Notes under the pieces: model-generated | Told to the model about the DNA's origin: nothing | The model's database searches: none | Seen by the model: the letters and a program-made list of their open reading frames with translations, nothing else | Shown: piece by piece, positions 45,791 through 54,860 of the stretch | Numbering within the stretch: position 1 is the first letter of the stretch | How the letters are laid out: every line of letters begins with the position of its first letter | Assembly (NCBI GenBank): GCA_045592585.1 | Contig: JAZNVB010000026.1 | Location: forward strand, 7,849 to 71,848 | Length of the DNA stretch: 64,000 bases | Source of the DNA: Clostridia bacterium | GTDB lineage: Bacteria > Bacillota > Clostridia > Monoglobales > Monoglobaceae | Direction: 5' to 3' | Program-made: the position numbers and the translations under genes

Positions 45791-47701
45791 ATGGAAAACA
45801 AAAACAATTTTAAACCGTATGTTCCGGCAGATAAGGTTACACCCGAATTGACGGTTACATCAATTATTATGGGTATCTTGCTTGCGGTTGTGTTTGGTGC
45901 TGCCAATGCGTATCTGGGACTTCGTGTAGGTATGACAGTTTCGGCATCAATCCCTGCGGCTGTTATTGCTATGGGCGTAATTCGTGTTATTATGCGCAAA
46001 AATTCAATTTTGGAAAGTAATGTTGTGCAGACAATCGGTTCTGCCGGCGAGTCTTTGGCGGCAGGTGCAATCTTCACACTTCCGGCTCTGTTTTTGTGGG
46101 CAGCCGAGGGAACAATGGAAAAACCTGGTCTTATCGAAATTACTTTGATTTCACTTCTTGGTGGTCTGCTTGGTGTATTCTTTATGGTGCCCCTTCGTAA
46201 TGCCCTGATTGTTAAAGAGCATGGTGTGCTTCCGTATCCCGAAGGTACGGCTTGTGCCGAGGTTCTTCTTGCAGGTGAAAAGGGTGGAGCAAATGCATCT
46301 ACCGTGTTTGCAGGTATGGGCTTTGCGGCAGCTTTTAAGTTCATTATTGACGGTCTTAAAGCTGTGCCCGGTGAAATTGGTTTGAGAGTAAAGGGTTATG
46401 CAGGTGAAATAGGTACACAGATTTACCCCGCTGTAATGAGCGTGGGATATATCTGCGGTCCCAGAATTTCATCATATATGTTTGCCGGCGGTGTGCTGAG
46501 CTGGCTTGTGCTTATTCCTATGATTGTTCTTTTTGGCAGAGATATTGTCCTCTATCCGGGAACCGAAACAATTGGTGCCATCTTTGATGCAAACGGTCCA
46601 AGCGGTATCTGGAGTTCATATATCCGCTATATCGGTGCAGGTGCTTTAGCTGCCGGCGGTATTATCAGTCTGATTAAGTCACTGCCTTTGATTGTAAATA
46701 CCTTTGTTGGCGCAATGAAGGGTATGAAGGGTTCTGCGGTGGTATCAGGTGAGCGTACTGCACGAGACATAAGTATGAAGATTGTGCTTATTTCAATTGC
46801 AGTGCTGACTCTTCTTGTATGGCTTGTTCCTGCAATTCCTGTAACCCTGATTGGTGCAGTAGTTATTGTTGTATTTGGATTTTTCTTTGCCACAGTTTCA
46901 TCACGTATGGTTGGTCTGGTAGGCAGCAGTAACAATCCTGTATCAGGTATGGCGATTGCAACACTTCTTATCGCAACATTGATACTTAAACTGACAGGCG
47001 ACAGCGGTGCTCACGGTATGCGTGCGGCAATTGCAATTGGCTCTATTATCTGCATTGTTGCGGCGATTTCGGGCGATACCTCGCAGGATTTAAAGACGGG
47101 CTACCTTCTTGGTGCAACACCCAAAAAACAGCAGATTGGCGAAATTATCGGTGTTGTTGCTGCAGCACTTGCTATTGGTGGAACACTTTATCTTCTTGAC
47201 AGTGCATGGGGCTTTGGCTCTGACGAACTTGCTGCTCCTCAGGCTACACTTATGAAAATGATTATTGAGGGCGTTATGGATGCAAACCTTCCCTGGGGTC
47301 TGGTGCTTGTGGGTGTATTTATTGCAATCGTTGTTGAGATTGTGGGTATTCCTGTATTGCCATTTGCAATCGGTGTGTATCTCCCAGTACATCTCAATGC
47401 CTGCATTATGGTTGGCGGTCTGGTACGTCTTGCTCTTGATAAGCTCAAAAAGTCTGAAGAAGAAAAAACCGCTATCGTCAGCGACGGTATACTTTTCTGC
47501 TCGGGTATGATTGCCGGTGAGGGAATTGTGGGTATTCTGCTTGCCCTCCTTGCGGTATTTGGAATTGACAAGGTTCTGGACATTTCAGGAATTTTAAATC
47601 TTCCTGTATCTGTTTCAAACATAGCAAGCCTTGCCGTGTTTGCACTTGTTATTCTTTCTGTACTCAAGTTCTCTGTATGGAAAAAGCGTAGTGTAAAATA
47701 A
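45791..47701 (+). CDS. OPT-family oligopeptide transporter
   Basis: ELTVTSIIMGILLAVVFGAANAYLGLRVGMTVSASIPAAV is typical of bacterial OPT. About 16 TM segments. ATG 45791 follows AGGAG. Confidence 0.85.
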   Translation: MENKNNFKPYVPADKVTPELTVTSIIMGILLAVVFGAANAYLGLRVGMTVSASIPAAVIAMGVIRVIMRKNSILESNVVQTIGSAGESLAAGAIFTLPALFLWAAEGTMEKPGLIEITLISLLGGLLGVFFMVPLRNALIVKEHGVLPYPEGTACAEVLLAGEKGGANASTVFAGMGFAAAFKFIIDGLKAVPGEIGLRVKGYAGEIGTQIYPAVMSVGYICGPRISSYMFAGGVLSWLVLIPMIVLFGRDIVLYPGTETIGAIFDANGPSGIWSSYIRYIGAGALAAGGIISLIKSLPLIVNTFVGAMKGMKGSAVVSGERTARDISMKIVLISIAVLTLLVWLVPAIPVTLIGAVVIVVFGFFFATVSSRMVGLVGSSNNPVSGMAIATLLIATLILKLTGDSGAHGMRAAIAIGSIICIVAAISGDTSQDLKTGYLLGATPKKQQIGEIIGVVAAALAIGGTLYLLDSAWGFGSDELAAPQATLMKMIIEGVMDANLPWGLVLVGVFIAIVVEIVGIPVLPFAIGVYLPVHLNACIMVGGLVRLALDKLKKSEEEKTAIVSDGILFCSGMIAGEGIVGILLALLAVFGIDKVLDISGILNLPVSVSNIASLAVFALVILSVLKFSVWKKRSVK

Positions 47702-47702
47702 T

Positions 47703-48050
47703 ATGAAGAAAAAAGAAAAGATTACAGAAAACTATCTTGAAAAAATTCCTGCCCGCAATCCGATGATTGAATGGACAGTGGACGATGCAGGAAGTGTAAC
47801 TCTTAATATTCCTAACACAGGCATATTAAATAAAATTGCTCAAAAGCTGTTTAAAAAACCGCCCATAACTTATGTTCACCTTGATGAACACGGCAGTTTT
47901 GTGTGGCAGCTTGCAGACGGAAAAAGGGATATTATTTCTCTTGGTGAGGATGTTAAGACAAAATTTGGCGATGCCGCCGAGCCTTTGTATCCACGTCTTG
48001 CAAATTTCTTTCAGATTCTTGACAGTTATGGATTTATAGAATGGAAATAA
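47703..48050 (+). CDS. PqqD-like small protein
   Basis: The pattern LDEHGSFVWQLADGKRDIISL...LANFFQILDSYGFIEW resembles the PqqD family. Confidence 0.45.
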   Translation: MKKKEKITENYLEKIPARNPMIEWTVDDAGSVTLNIPNTGILNKIAQKLFKKPPITYVHLDEHGSFVWQLADGKRDIISLGEDVKTKFGDAAEPLYPRLANFFQILDSYGFIEWK

Positions 48051-48052
48051 AA

Positions 48053-48091
48053 AAAGGACTGTTTGAAAACTTCGTTTTTAAGCAGTCCTTT
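48053..48091. terminator. Bidirectional terminator hairpin
   Basis: AAAGGACTG-21 nt-CAGTCCTTT between convergent genes. Confidence 0.6.
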
Positions 48092-48122
48092 ATGCATAAA
48101 CTGATTATGTCAAATTGCAATA

Positions 48123-49199
48123 CTATTTTCCCAGAATTTCTTTAAGGAGTGGGTAAATCTTTGTTGCCATTTCCCAAAATCCCAAATCGGTTGGGTGAGT
48201 AGTGTCAACTGTCGATTCCGGATTTTCAAGGAGTTTAAAGCCGTCAATAAAATAAACATTGTCACCACGGTTCTTTGCTTTTTCGTAGGAGTTTATTACG
48301 ATTTCATTTATTTTTAGATAACGGTCGGTCTGTTTTGCGTTTTTAAGCTGTGGGCAAATGGGTGGGCTTAAAAAAATAACGGGCAGGTCAGGATGTTTTT
48401 CTCTGACAATTTCGTAAAAAGGATAGTATGTGTTTTCGTAATGCTCGATTGAGGGAGTGTTGTGCCCATAGGCATAAACGAACACAGACATATCCAATGT
48501 GGCAATATGATGTGCCAGAGCCGCCTCGCCCTTATCGTTGCCCGAGAAACCCAGATTGATAAAATCTGTATCAAGCCATCTTGACAAAAGTGCAGGATAA
48601 TTTGTGCCCGGTCTTGACGCGCATCCACCTTGAGATATTGACGAGCCGTAGTAAACAACGGGCTTTTCAATTGAATAGGGCACGGGTTTTTCAAGAACAC
48701 AATCACTTTCAAGACCTATGTAAAGGCTGTTTACGCCATTGTACATAGGAAAGTTTATTGTGATTTCACGAAGTTTGCGTTCATCAAATTCGTGAAAAAC
48801 GTTGTATGACTGACCGGAGCTTGCCAATACTTTTTTAAAGGCAAGTTCGTTGGGGTTATCCGCAGGGGCGGCATAAAGGTCAAAGCCGTGGCTTCCTGTT
48901 GCGGGCATATGATACATAACCCCCGAATCACCCAATTCAGTTTTGATTGCAATTGTTTTGGAATTTGTCCTGAAACGGACTCTACCGCCGGAGGTGTGCA
49001 GAATAAGTCTTTGTACAGATTCACTTACACCATCGCATTCCGTAAACGAAATGGGCATCCGTGAGAAAACTCCTGTTTCACGGGGCGAGGAAAATCCATA
49101 AAGGGTAAAGGGCTCATCCAGACAGTTACGAAAGATTAAGCCGTTTTCACCGACCTCCCGGGGTTTAAAATTTTTATCCATATCTTCAATTTTTGACAT
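48123..49199 (-). CDS. SGNH/GDSL-family hydrolase with an N-terminal beta domain
   Basis: VVYYGSSISQGG (block I), GFSGN, and HPTDLG (block V). ATG 49199 follows AAGGAG. Confidence 0.75.
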   Translation of the reverse strand: MSKIEDMDKNFKPREVGENGLIFRNCLDEPFTLYGFSSPRETGVFSRMPISFTECDGVSESVQRLILHTSGGRVRFRTNSKTIAIKTELGDSGVMYHMPATGSHGFDLYAAPADNPNELAFKKVLASSGQSYNVFHEFDERKLREITINFPMYNGVNSLYIGLESDCVLEKPVPYSIEKPVVYYGSSISQGGCASRPGTNYPALLSRWLDTDFINLGFSGNDKGEAALAHHIATLDMSVFVYAYGHNTPSIEHYENTYYPFYEIVREKHPDLPVIFLSPPICPQLKNAKQTDRYLKINEIVINSYEKAKNRGDNVYFIDGFKLLENPESTVDTTHPTDLGFWEMATKIYPLLKEILGK

Positions 49200-49387
49200 A
49201 ATAATATCTCCTTTGTAAATAGAAAACATATGATTATTATATCATATAGATTAAAAAAAATAAATGTTTTTTTGCACATAAAATCCTATAAAAAAATAAA
49301 CAATCTGAGGTGAAATGGGATAAAAAAGGACTTGCGCCCCCAAAAATATGTTAAAATAAAAAACATATTTGTGAGGAGGCAACCAAA

Positions 49388-49900
49388 ATGTTAAATGCAA
49401 AAGTAAGAGCATTACTTAATGACCAGATAAATAAGGAATTATATTCTGCGTATTTATATTTGGATTTTTCCTTATACTATGACAGAGAAGGAATTGACGG
49501 TTTTTCAAACTGGTATAAAATTCAGGCACAGGAAGAAAGAGATCACGCAATGCTGATTCTCCAGTATTTGCAGAACAACAGCGAAAATATTGAACTGTTG
49601 CCCGTGGCAAAGCCTGACAAAGAGCCAAAGAATTTGATGGACCCGCTTGAAATGGCTTTGGAGCACGAAAGATATGTTACAAGCCTGATAAACGATATAT
49701 ACGGCGAGGCATACAGCGTAAAAGATTTCAGAACAATGCAGTTTCTTGACTGGTTTGTAAAGGAACAGCTTGAAGAGGAGAAGAATTCAGAAGATATGAT
49801 TTCTAAAATGAAGCTGTTTGGAAACGATTCCAAGGGACTTTATATGCTTGACGCCGAGTATGCAACAAGAGTATATACCGCACCGTCACTTGTTCTTTAA
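49388..49900 (+). CDS. Non-haem ferritin
   Basis: LNDQINKELYSAYLYLDF...QAQEERDHAMLILQYL ferroxidase-centre residues. Confidence 0.9.
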   Translation: MLNAKVRALLNDQINKELYSAYLYLDFSLYYDREGIDGFSNWYKIQAQEERDHAMLILQYLQNNSENIELLPVAKPDKEPKNLMDPLEMALEHERYVTSLINDIYGEAYSVKDFRTMQFLDWFVKEQLEEEKNSEDMISKMKLFGNDSKGLYMLDAEYATRVYTAPSLVL

Positions 49901-49955
49901 GCTGTGGATATTTAAACACCACATGGCTTAAATTATCAAAGAAGGTGGTCGTTTT

Positions 49956-50393
49956 ATGAAAAAACTATTTTCTGTAGCAGTTGGAGCAATAAGTGCTGTA
50001 TGTTTGCTTGCAGGATGCACAACGGGAAACAATGCCGCATCATCGGCGGTAGATGATGTGAAACAAGCCGGCGAAAAAATAATGAATGAAACCCAAAATG
50101 CAGTTGAAAATGTAACCGATATGGGCACTGCTGAAACGGGGAATATGACAAAGCCTGACAATAAAGATAATGTCGACAAAACAAAGTTTATCGGCGAGGA
50201 TAAGGCAAGGTCTATTGCATTGAAAAAGGCAGGGTTATCCGCCAACCAGGTTACCTTTGATAAGGTGGAGCTTGACCGTGACGACGGAGTGTGGCAGTAT
50301 GAGGTGGAATTCCGCAAGGACCGCACCGAATATGATGCCGACATAAAGGCTGATGACGGTTCAATTCTTTCCTGGGATGTGGACAACGACTAA
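49956..50393 (+). CDS. PepSY-domain lipoprotein
   Basis: Lipobox LLAGC, and a C-terminal PepSY pattern (VELDRDDGVWQYEVEF...YDADIKADDGSIL). Confidence 0.75.
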   Translation: MKKLFSVAVGAISAVCLLAGCTTGNNAASSAVDDVKQAGEKIMNETQNAVENVTDMGTAETGNMTKPDNKDNVDKTKFIGEDKARSIALKKAGLSANQVTFDKVELDRDDGVWQYEVEFRKDRTEYDADIKADDGSILSWDVDND

Positions 50394-50408
50394 GAAAGCA
50401 TATTGCAA

Positions 50409-50448
50409 AATATAGAAATCCATTTTTATGGGTTTCTATATTTTTTTT
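50409..50448 (+). terminator. Intrinsic terminator
   Basis: ATAGAAATCCAT/ATGGGTTTCTAT stem followed by a T8 run. Confidence 0.8.
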
Positions 50449-50458
50449 GCCAAAACTG

Positions 50459-50487
50459 TTGACAATCTTCAAAAGTTATGCTATATT
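50459..50487 (+). promoter_or_regulatory. Sigma-A promoter (TTGACA-17-TGcTATATT) for the GntR-ABC operon
   Basis: Perfect -35 at 50459-64 and an extended -10 at 50479-87. An AACTGT...ACAGTT inverted repeat follows. Confidence 0.6.
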
Positions 50488-50535
50488 AACTGTGTTAATA
50501 CAAATGATACAGTTGCGGTATGAGGAGGTGAGTGA

Positions 50536-50916
50536 ATGATAAATCTGGATTACAAAGACGGCAGAACATTGCACGAACAGATTGAAGCAGAGCTTAAACA
50601 ACTGATAATTAACGGAATACTGGAAACCGACGAGCAGCTCCCATCAGTGCGGGAACTTTCAATCAGTCTGACGGTTAACCCCAACACGGTGCAAAGGGCA
50701 TACAAGCAGCTTGAGCAGGAAGGTTTTATATACAGCATCAAGGGCAAGGGAAACTTTGTTGCACCGGTATCAGCAACCAACAGTCAAAAACGGTGTGACG
50801 AATTATATGAACAGTTGCGGCTTGCGGCAAAGGAGCTGGCCTATCTTGGCGAGAATAAGGAAAGGCTGCAAAACATTATTAACAATATATATTCAGAAAA
50901 GGAGGAGTCCTTATGA
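50536..50916 (+). CDS. GntR-family (YtrA-subfamily-sized) transcriptional regulator
   Basis: LPSVRELSISLTVNPNTVQRAYKQLEQEGFI. Confidence 0.88.
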   Translation: MINLDYKDGRTLHEQIEAELKQLIINGILETDEQLPSVRELSISLTVNPNTVQRAYKQLEQEGFIYSIKGKGNFVAPVSATNSQKRCDELYEQLRLAAKELAYLGENKERLQNIINNIYSEKEESL

Positions 50917-51812
50917 TAAAAGTAAAAGGTGTAACAAAATACTTTGATGACTTCAAGGTGCTTGACGAGATTTGTATGGAAGTCAGAAAGGGTACAATAT
51001 ATGGTCTAATTGGTCCGAATGGGGCAGGCAAAACCACATTGATTAACCACATAAACGGTGTACTTACCCCAAAAAAAGGTGAGATAACAATTAACGGAGA
51101 AAATGTTTATGAAAACGAAGGGATAAAGCAGACAGTCCTTAATATCTCGGATGACTGGTTCTATTACAGCACATTCAGTATTAAGGAGATGGCAAAGTTT
51201 TATCGTGATATATATCCGGCCTTTAATATGGAAAGATACAGGGCGATAAGTGAGATTTTCAAAATTGATGAAAAGCGACAGATACGAAAACTGTCAAAGG
51301 GTATGAAAAAACAGGTTGCATTCTGGCTAAGCCTTTCTGCAATGCCTGATGTTCTTATTCTTGATGAGCCTCTTGACGGCCTTGACCCTGTAATGCGAAA
51401 GCAGGTGCTTAACCTTGTGATTGCTGATGTTGCCGACCGCGAAATGACAGTGCTGGTATCGTCACACAATCTGCGCGAGCTTGAGGATATATGCGATTGG
51501 GTTGGTATTATACATAAGGGCAAAATGATTCTTGAAAAGTCCCTTGACGACATTAAGGGTGATGTTCATAAGTATCAGCTTGTGTTGCGTGACGAGGCAG
51601 CAGAGCAGCTTGACACAATGGAAAATATTCTGCACAAATCAAAGGTTGGCTCGGTTTATAGCGTGATAGTGCGCGGAGAGTTTAAAGAAACCGACAGACA
51701 GATGCAAAGTCTTATGCCAAGCCTTTGCGAGCATATCAGCCTGACACTGGAGGAAGTTTTCATTTATGAGTTGGGAGGTTTGGGTTATGACTTCAAAAAT
51801 ATCATTATTTAA
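50913..51812 (+). CDS. ABC transporter ATP-binding protein
   Basis: GPNGAGKTT, LSKGMKKQV, ILDEPLDGLD. Confidence 0.92.
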   Translation: MIKVKGVTKYFDDFKVLDEICMEVRKGTIYGLIGPNGAGKTTLINHINGVLTPKKGEITINGENVYENEGIKQTVLNISDDWFYYSTFSIKEMAKFYRDIYPAFNMERYRAISEIFKIDEKRQIRKLSKGMKKQVAFWLSLSAMPDVLILDEPLDGLDPVMRKQVLNLVIADVADREMTVLVSSHNLRELEDICDWVGIIHKGKMILEKSLDDIKGDVHKYQLVLRDEAAEQLDTMENILHKSKVGSVYSVIVRGEFKETDRQMQSLMPSLCEHISLTLEEVFIYELGGLGYDFKNIII

Positions 51813-53844
51813 TAAAGGAATTTTTAAATCAACAGTAAGAAGATACATATGGGGTTCGGTGCTTTATGCTATTGCTCTTTTTATGGTGACATCATTAGTG
51901 GTGCTTTTGGGAGTAGATACGGATGACATCTGGTATCGGATGTCTGAAAGGGGCACGGCGCTTATTCTTGACAATCACTATCTGTTTTTACCCGTGATAA
52001 TCGGTTGTTTTGTGCCCACCGTTGTAGCACTTTTGGTATACAGATTTATTCACTCAAAAAAGACTTCGGTATTTGTGCACAGCCTTCCTGTTTCCAGAAC
52101 GGCAAATTACATATCATCAGTTCTGGCGGCACTGGTGCTGATGTCGGTTCCCATTGTTCTAAACGGAATAATACTTATGATTTTAAGTCTTTCGGGATAT
52201 GGTGAGTTTTTTGATATTACATCATGCCTGATATGGACGGGTGTAAATCTGCTGACGGTATTTTTGATGTTTTCTATTTCCACGTTTGCGGCCAATCTTA
52301 CAGGCAACAGTTTTGCGGCAGTTGGATTAAATGGATTGATTCATTGCTTTGTGATTATATTTGCGGCGGCATTTTCGGCTTTGGCATCATGCTTTATTTA
52401 TGGGTACTGTGATGCAAACGAATTTTTAAATAAGTCAATGGAGTGGAACTTTGTTGCATATCTTATGAAGATTGCCAATGACCTGAGTTTCAGAAACACC
52501 CCTGAATTTGATTGGATAAAGATGGTTATTATGCTTGCTTTAGCGGCGGTATTTTATGTGTTTGGATGGTTGCTCTATAAAAAGCGTCGAATGGAAACTG
52601 CCGAGGATGTAGCGGCATTTGAATGTCTTAATCCTATTTACAAATATCTGGTAACATTTATTGTGGCCCTTTGTTCCTTTGGACTGCTCAGCCAGATAAT
52701 AGGCGAAAGACCTATGGTGCCCATTATTGTTACATTGATAGTCAGCTTGATTGCATACTTTGCGGCTGAAATGATACTGCGTAAAACCTTTAAGGTGTGG
52801 AACAAATACAAGGGCTATCTGGTGTTTGTGGCGGCATTTGCTGCAATGATTTGCGTCTTTGCCTTTACCAGCTTTTTTGGATACGAAACACGTGTTCCTG
52901 ATGTTGAGGATATAGAGAATGTTGCAATTTATGAATACTATTATCAGCCGGATGTACCTTGGATTGAAGATAGCGAAATAATTAGCTATACAACATCTGT
53001 GCACGAAGAGCTTGTAAAAAAGGAAAATATTTATACAGTTAAAGAACGCAGAGAAAACTATAATTATAATACTGCTATGCACGTAAGATACAAGCTGAAA
53101 AACGGCAAAACCTTAGTCCGGCGTTATCCTGTGAATCAGACAAAGGCGTATGAGATTCTTGAAAACCTGTATAAGTCAGATGAGTACAAACGCAAGGTTG
53201 TTGAGTTATTTGACAAAAATATAGGCAAGATTTATAACATTGGCTTTAATCACGGCAACGCAGTTTTCGGCGATAGCGAAAAGATAAAAGAATTTTATTC
53301 CTGTCTTGAAGAGGATATTATGAGCCTTGACTACAGCCAGATGTATGCTGCCGATGCGTGGAGTATGAATGTATCGGTTGAGTATGTTCCTGCAGAGGAT
53401 ATGAACAGATATGATTCAGAACGATATCTTAACAGTATCTTTTTGAGCATCAATGCAAATTACACAAAATCAATACAGTGGATAAGGGATAATGGCTTTG
53501 AAAAACAATTGTTTAACAGGGCGAACCGTGACCTGTGCGTGCTGACAAAGAAGGACTGGGAAGAATATACAACCGCTGAAGAGTTTACAACGGTATCCTA
53601 TGGAAAGGGCGGTATGGTACAGTCATACAGAATAAAAAGCTTTAACGAGATTACCGGAGTTGAACGAATAACCGAGGTAGAAACAAAAAAGAGGATTGCT
53701 GACTTTGTGACAAATAAGGGTGTTCGGTATGTTCCCGATAAAGAATTTTCATATTATGTGTGCGTTATAAACGAGGCAGAACATCTGGAGGTAGAGGCTG
53801 CATTTTATGAAGACGGCTCGGAAATTATTGAATTAATAAAATAG
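51787..53844 (+). CDS. Polytopic membrane protein with a large C-terminal soluble domain (putative ABC-2-type permease partner)
   Basis: About 10 TM segments, then a roughly 300 aa hydrophilic domain. ATG 51787 follows GGGAGG. Operon context. Confidence 0.6.
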   Translation: MTSKISLFNKGIFKSTVRRYIWGSVLYAIALFMVTSLVVLLGVDTDDIWYRMSERGTALILDNHYLFLPVIIGCFVPTVVALLVYRFIHSKKTSVFVHSLPVSRTANYISSVLAALVLMSVPIVLNGIILMILSLSGYGEFFDITSCLIWTGVNLLTVFLMFSISTFAANLTGNSFAAVGLNGLIHCFVIIFAAAFSALASCFIYGYCDANEFLNKSMEWNFVAYLMKIANDLSFRNTPEFDWIKMVIMLALAAVFYVFGWLLYKKRRMETAEDVAAFECLNPIYKYLVTFIVALCSFGLLSQIIGERPMVPIIVTLIVSLIAYFAAEMILRKTFKVWNKYKGYLVFVAAFAAMICVFAFTSFFGYETRVPDVEDIENVAIYEYYYQPDVPWIEDSEIISYTTSVHEELVKKENIYTVKERRENYNYNTAMHVRYKLKNGKTLVRRYPVNQTKAYEILENLYKSDEYKRKVVELFDKNIGKIYNIGFNHGNAVFGDSEKIKEFYSCLEEDIMSLDYSQMYAADAWSMNVSVEYVPAEDMNRYDSERYLNSIFLSINANYTKSIQWIRDNGFEKQLFNRANRDLCVLTKKDWEEYTTAEEFTTVSYGKGGMVQSYRIKSFNEITGVERITEVETKKRIADFVTNKGVRYVPDKEFSYYVCVINEAEHLEVEAAFYEDGSEIIELIK

Positions 53845-53849
53845 TTTAT

Positions 53850-53886
53850 ATGAAGACATCAATTTGATTGGTGTCTTCATATTTTT
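53850..53886 (+). terminator. Intrinsic terminator
   Basis: ATGAAGACA-13 nt-TGTCTTCAT followed by ATTTTTG. Confidence 0.75.
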
Positions 53887-53965
53887 GTTGTTTTGGAGTA
53901 AAATAAAGTTGAATTATTTACATTTTTTTTCTTTTATGATAATATTGAAAAATGGAGGAGATTTT

Positions 53966-54763
53966 ATGCTTATAGATATTCACACACACGTATTCCCTGA
54001 AAAAATTGCCCAAAGGGCGATTGAAACTTTGAGTCATACATCAGGTGGACTTATACCGCAGCATAAGGGGACTCTTGCAAGCCTTAAAGAAGAAATGGCA
54101 AAAGACGGAGTAGACATTTCGGTGGTTTTGGGGATTGCCACAAACCCTCATCAGCAGACAAATGTTAATAACTTTGCGGCCGAGATAAACAAGGACGAAA
54201 AAATTGTTGCCTTCGGGTCGGTGCATCCCGATGCCCCCGATGCGCTGGATGAGCTTGAACGTATTAAGGCTCTGGGACTTAAAGGTGTTAAACTTCACCC
54301 TGAGTATCAGAATTTTTTTGTTGATGACGAGAGGATGAAGCCTATATACGAAAAAATCTCACGACTTGGACTTGTAACACTTTTCCATGCAGGGCATGAT
54401 TACGGCTACGGCGAGCCATTTCACTGTATGCCGCAAAATTTAGAACGTGCGCTAAAATGGTTTTCGGCACCTGTTATTGCGGCTCATTGGGGCGGCGCAG
54501 GTTGCAAGGATTTAGTAATAAAACACTTAGCAGGCAAGGATGTGTGGTTTGATTTGTCCTTTGGATATGGTAATATGCCAAAGAGCTTTGCTCAGGAAAT
54601 TGTGGACAAGCACACCCCCGACAGACTGCTGTTTGGCTCGGATATGCCCTGGCACAGACCATCATGGGAGGTAAGGCTGATTGAGTCCTTAGACCTTTCG
54701 TCACAGGATAAGGAAAAGATATATTACAAAAATGCAGTCCGGCTTTTGGGTTTGGATATATAA
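53966..54763 (+). CDS. Amidohydrolase-family (TIM-barrel metal hydrolase) protein
   Basis: MLIDIHTHVFP start, HPEYQ, AHWGG. ATG 53966 follows GGAGG. Confidence 0.7.
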   Translation: MLIDIHTHVFPEKIAQRAIETLSHTSGGLIPQHKGTLASLKEEMAKDGVDISVVLGIATNPHQQTNVNNFAAEINKDEKIVAFGSVHPDAPDALDELERIKALGLKGVKLHPEYQNFFVDDERMKPIYEKISRLGLVTLFHAGHDYGYGEPFHCMPQNLERALKWFSAPVIAAHWGGAGCKDLVIKHLAGKDVWFDLSFGYGNMPKSFAQEIVDKHTPDRLLFGSDMPWHRPSWEVRLIESLDLSSQDKEKIYYKNAVRLLGLDI

Positions 54764-54860
54764 GTTTGATATTATGCAAAAAATGTTGACGAAAGTGCAA
54801 AGACAAAAATATATTTATAGGATAAAATGTTAAAAATAAATTTCAGGCGGAGGAATAGTG

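Noticed and set aside
45724-46344. 206 aa minus-strand ORF
   Set aside because: It is antisense to the well-supported OPT transporter gene, has low-complexity Ala/Pro/Ser/Arg-rich composition, and has no SD. It is a frame shadow.
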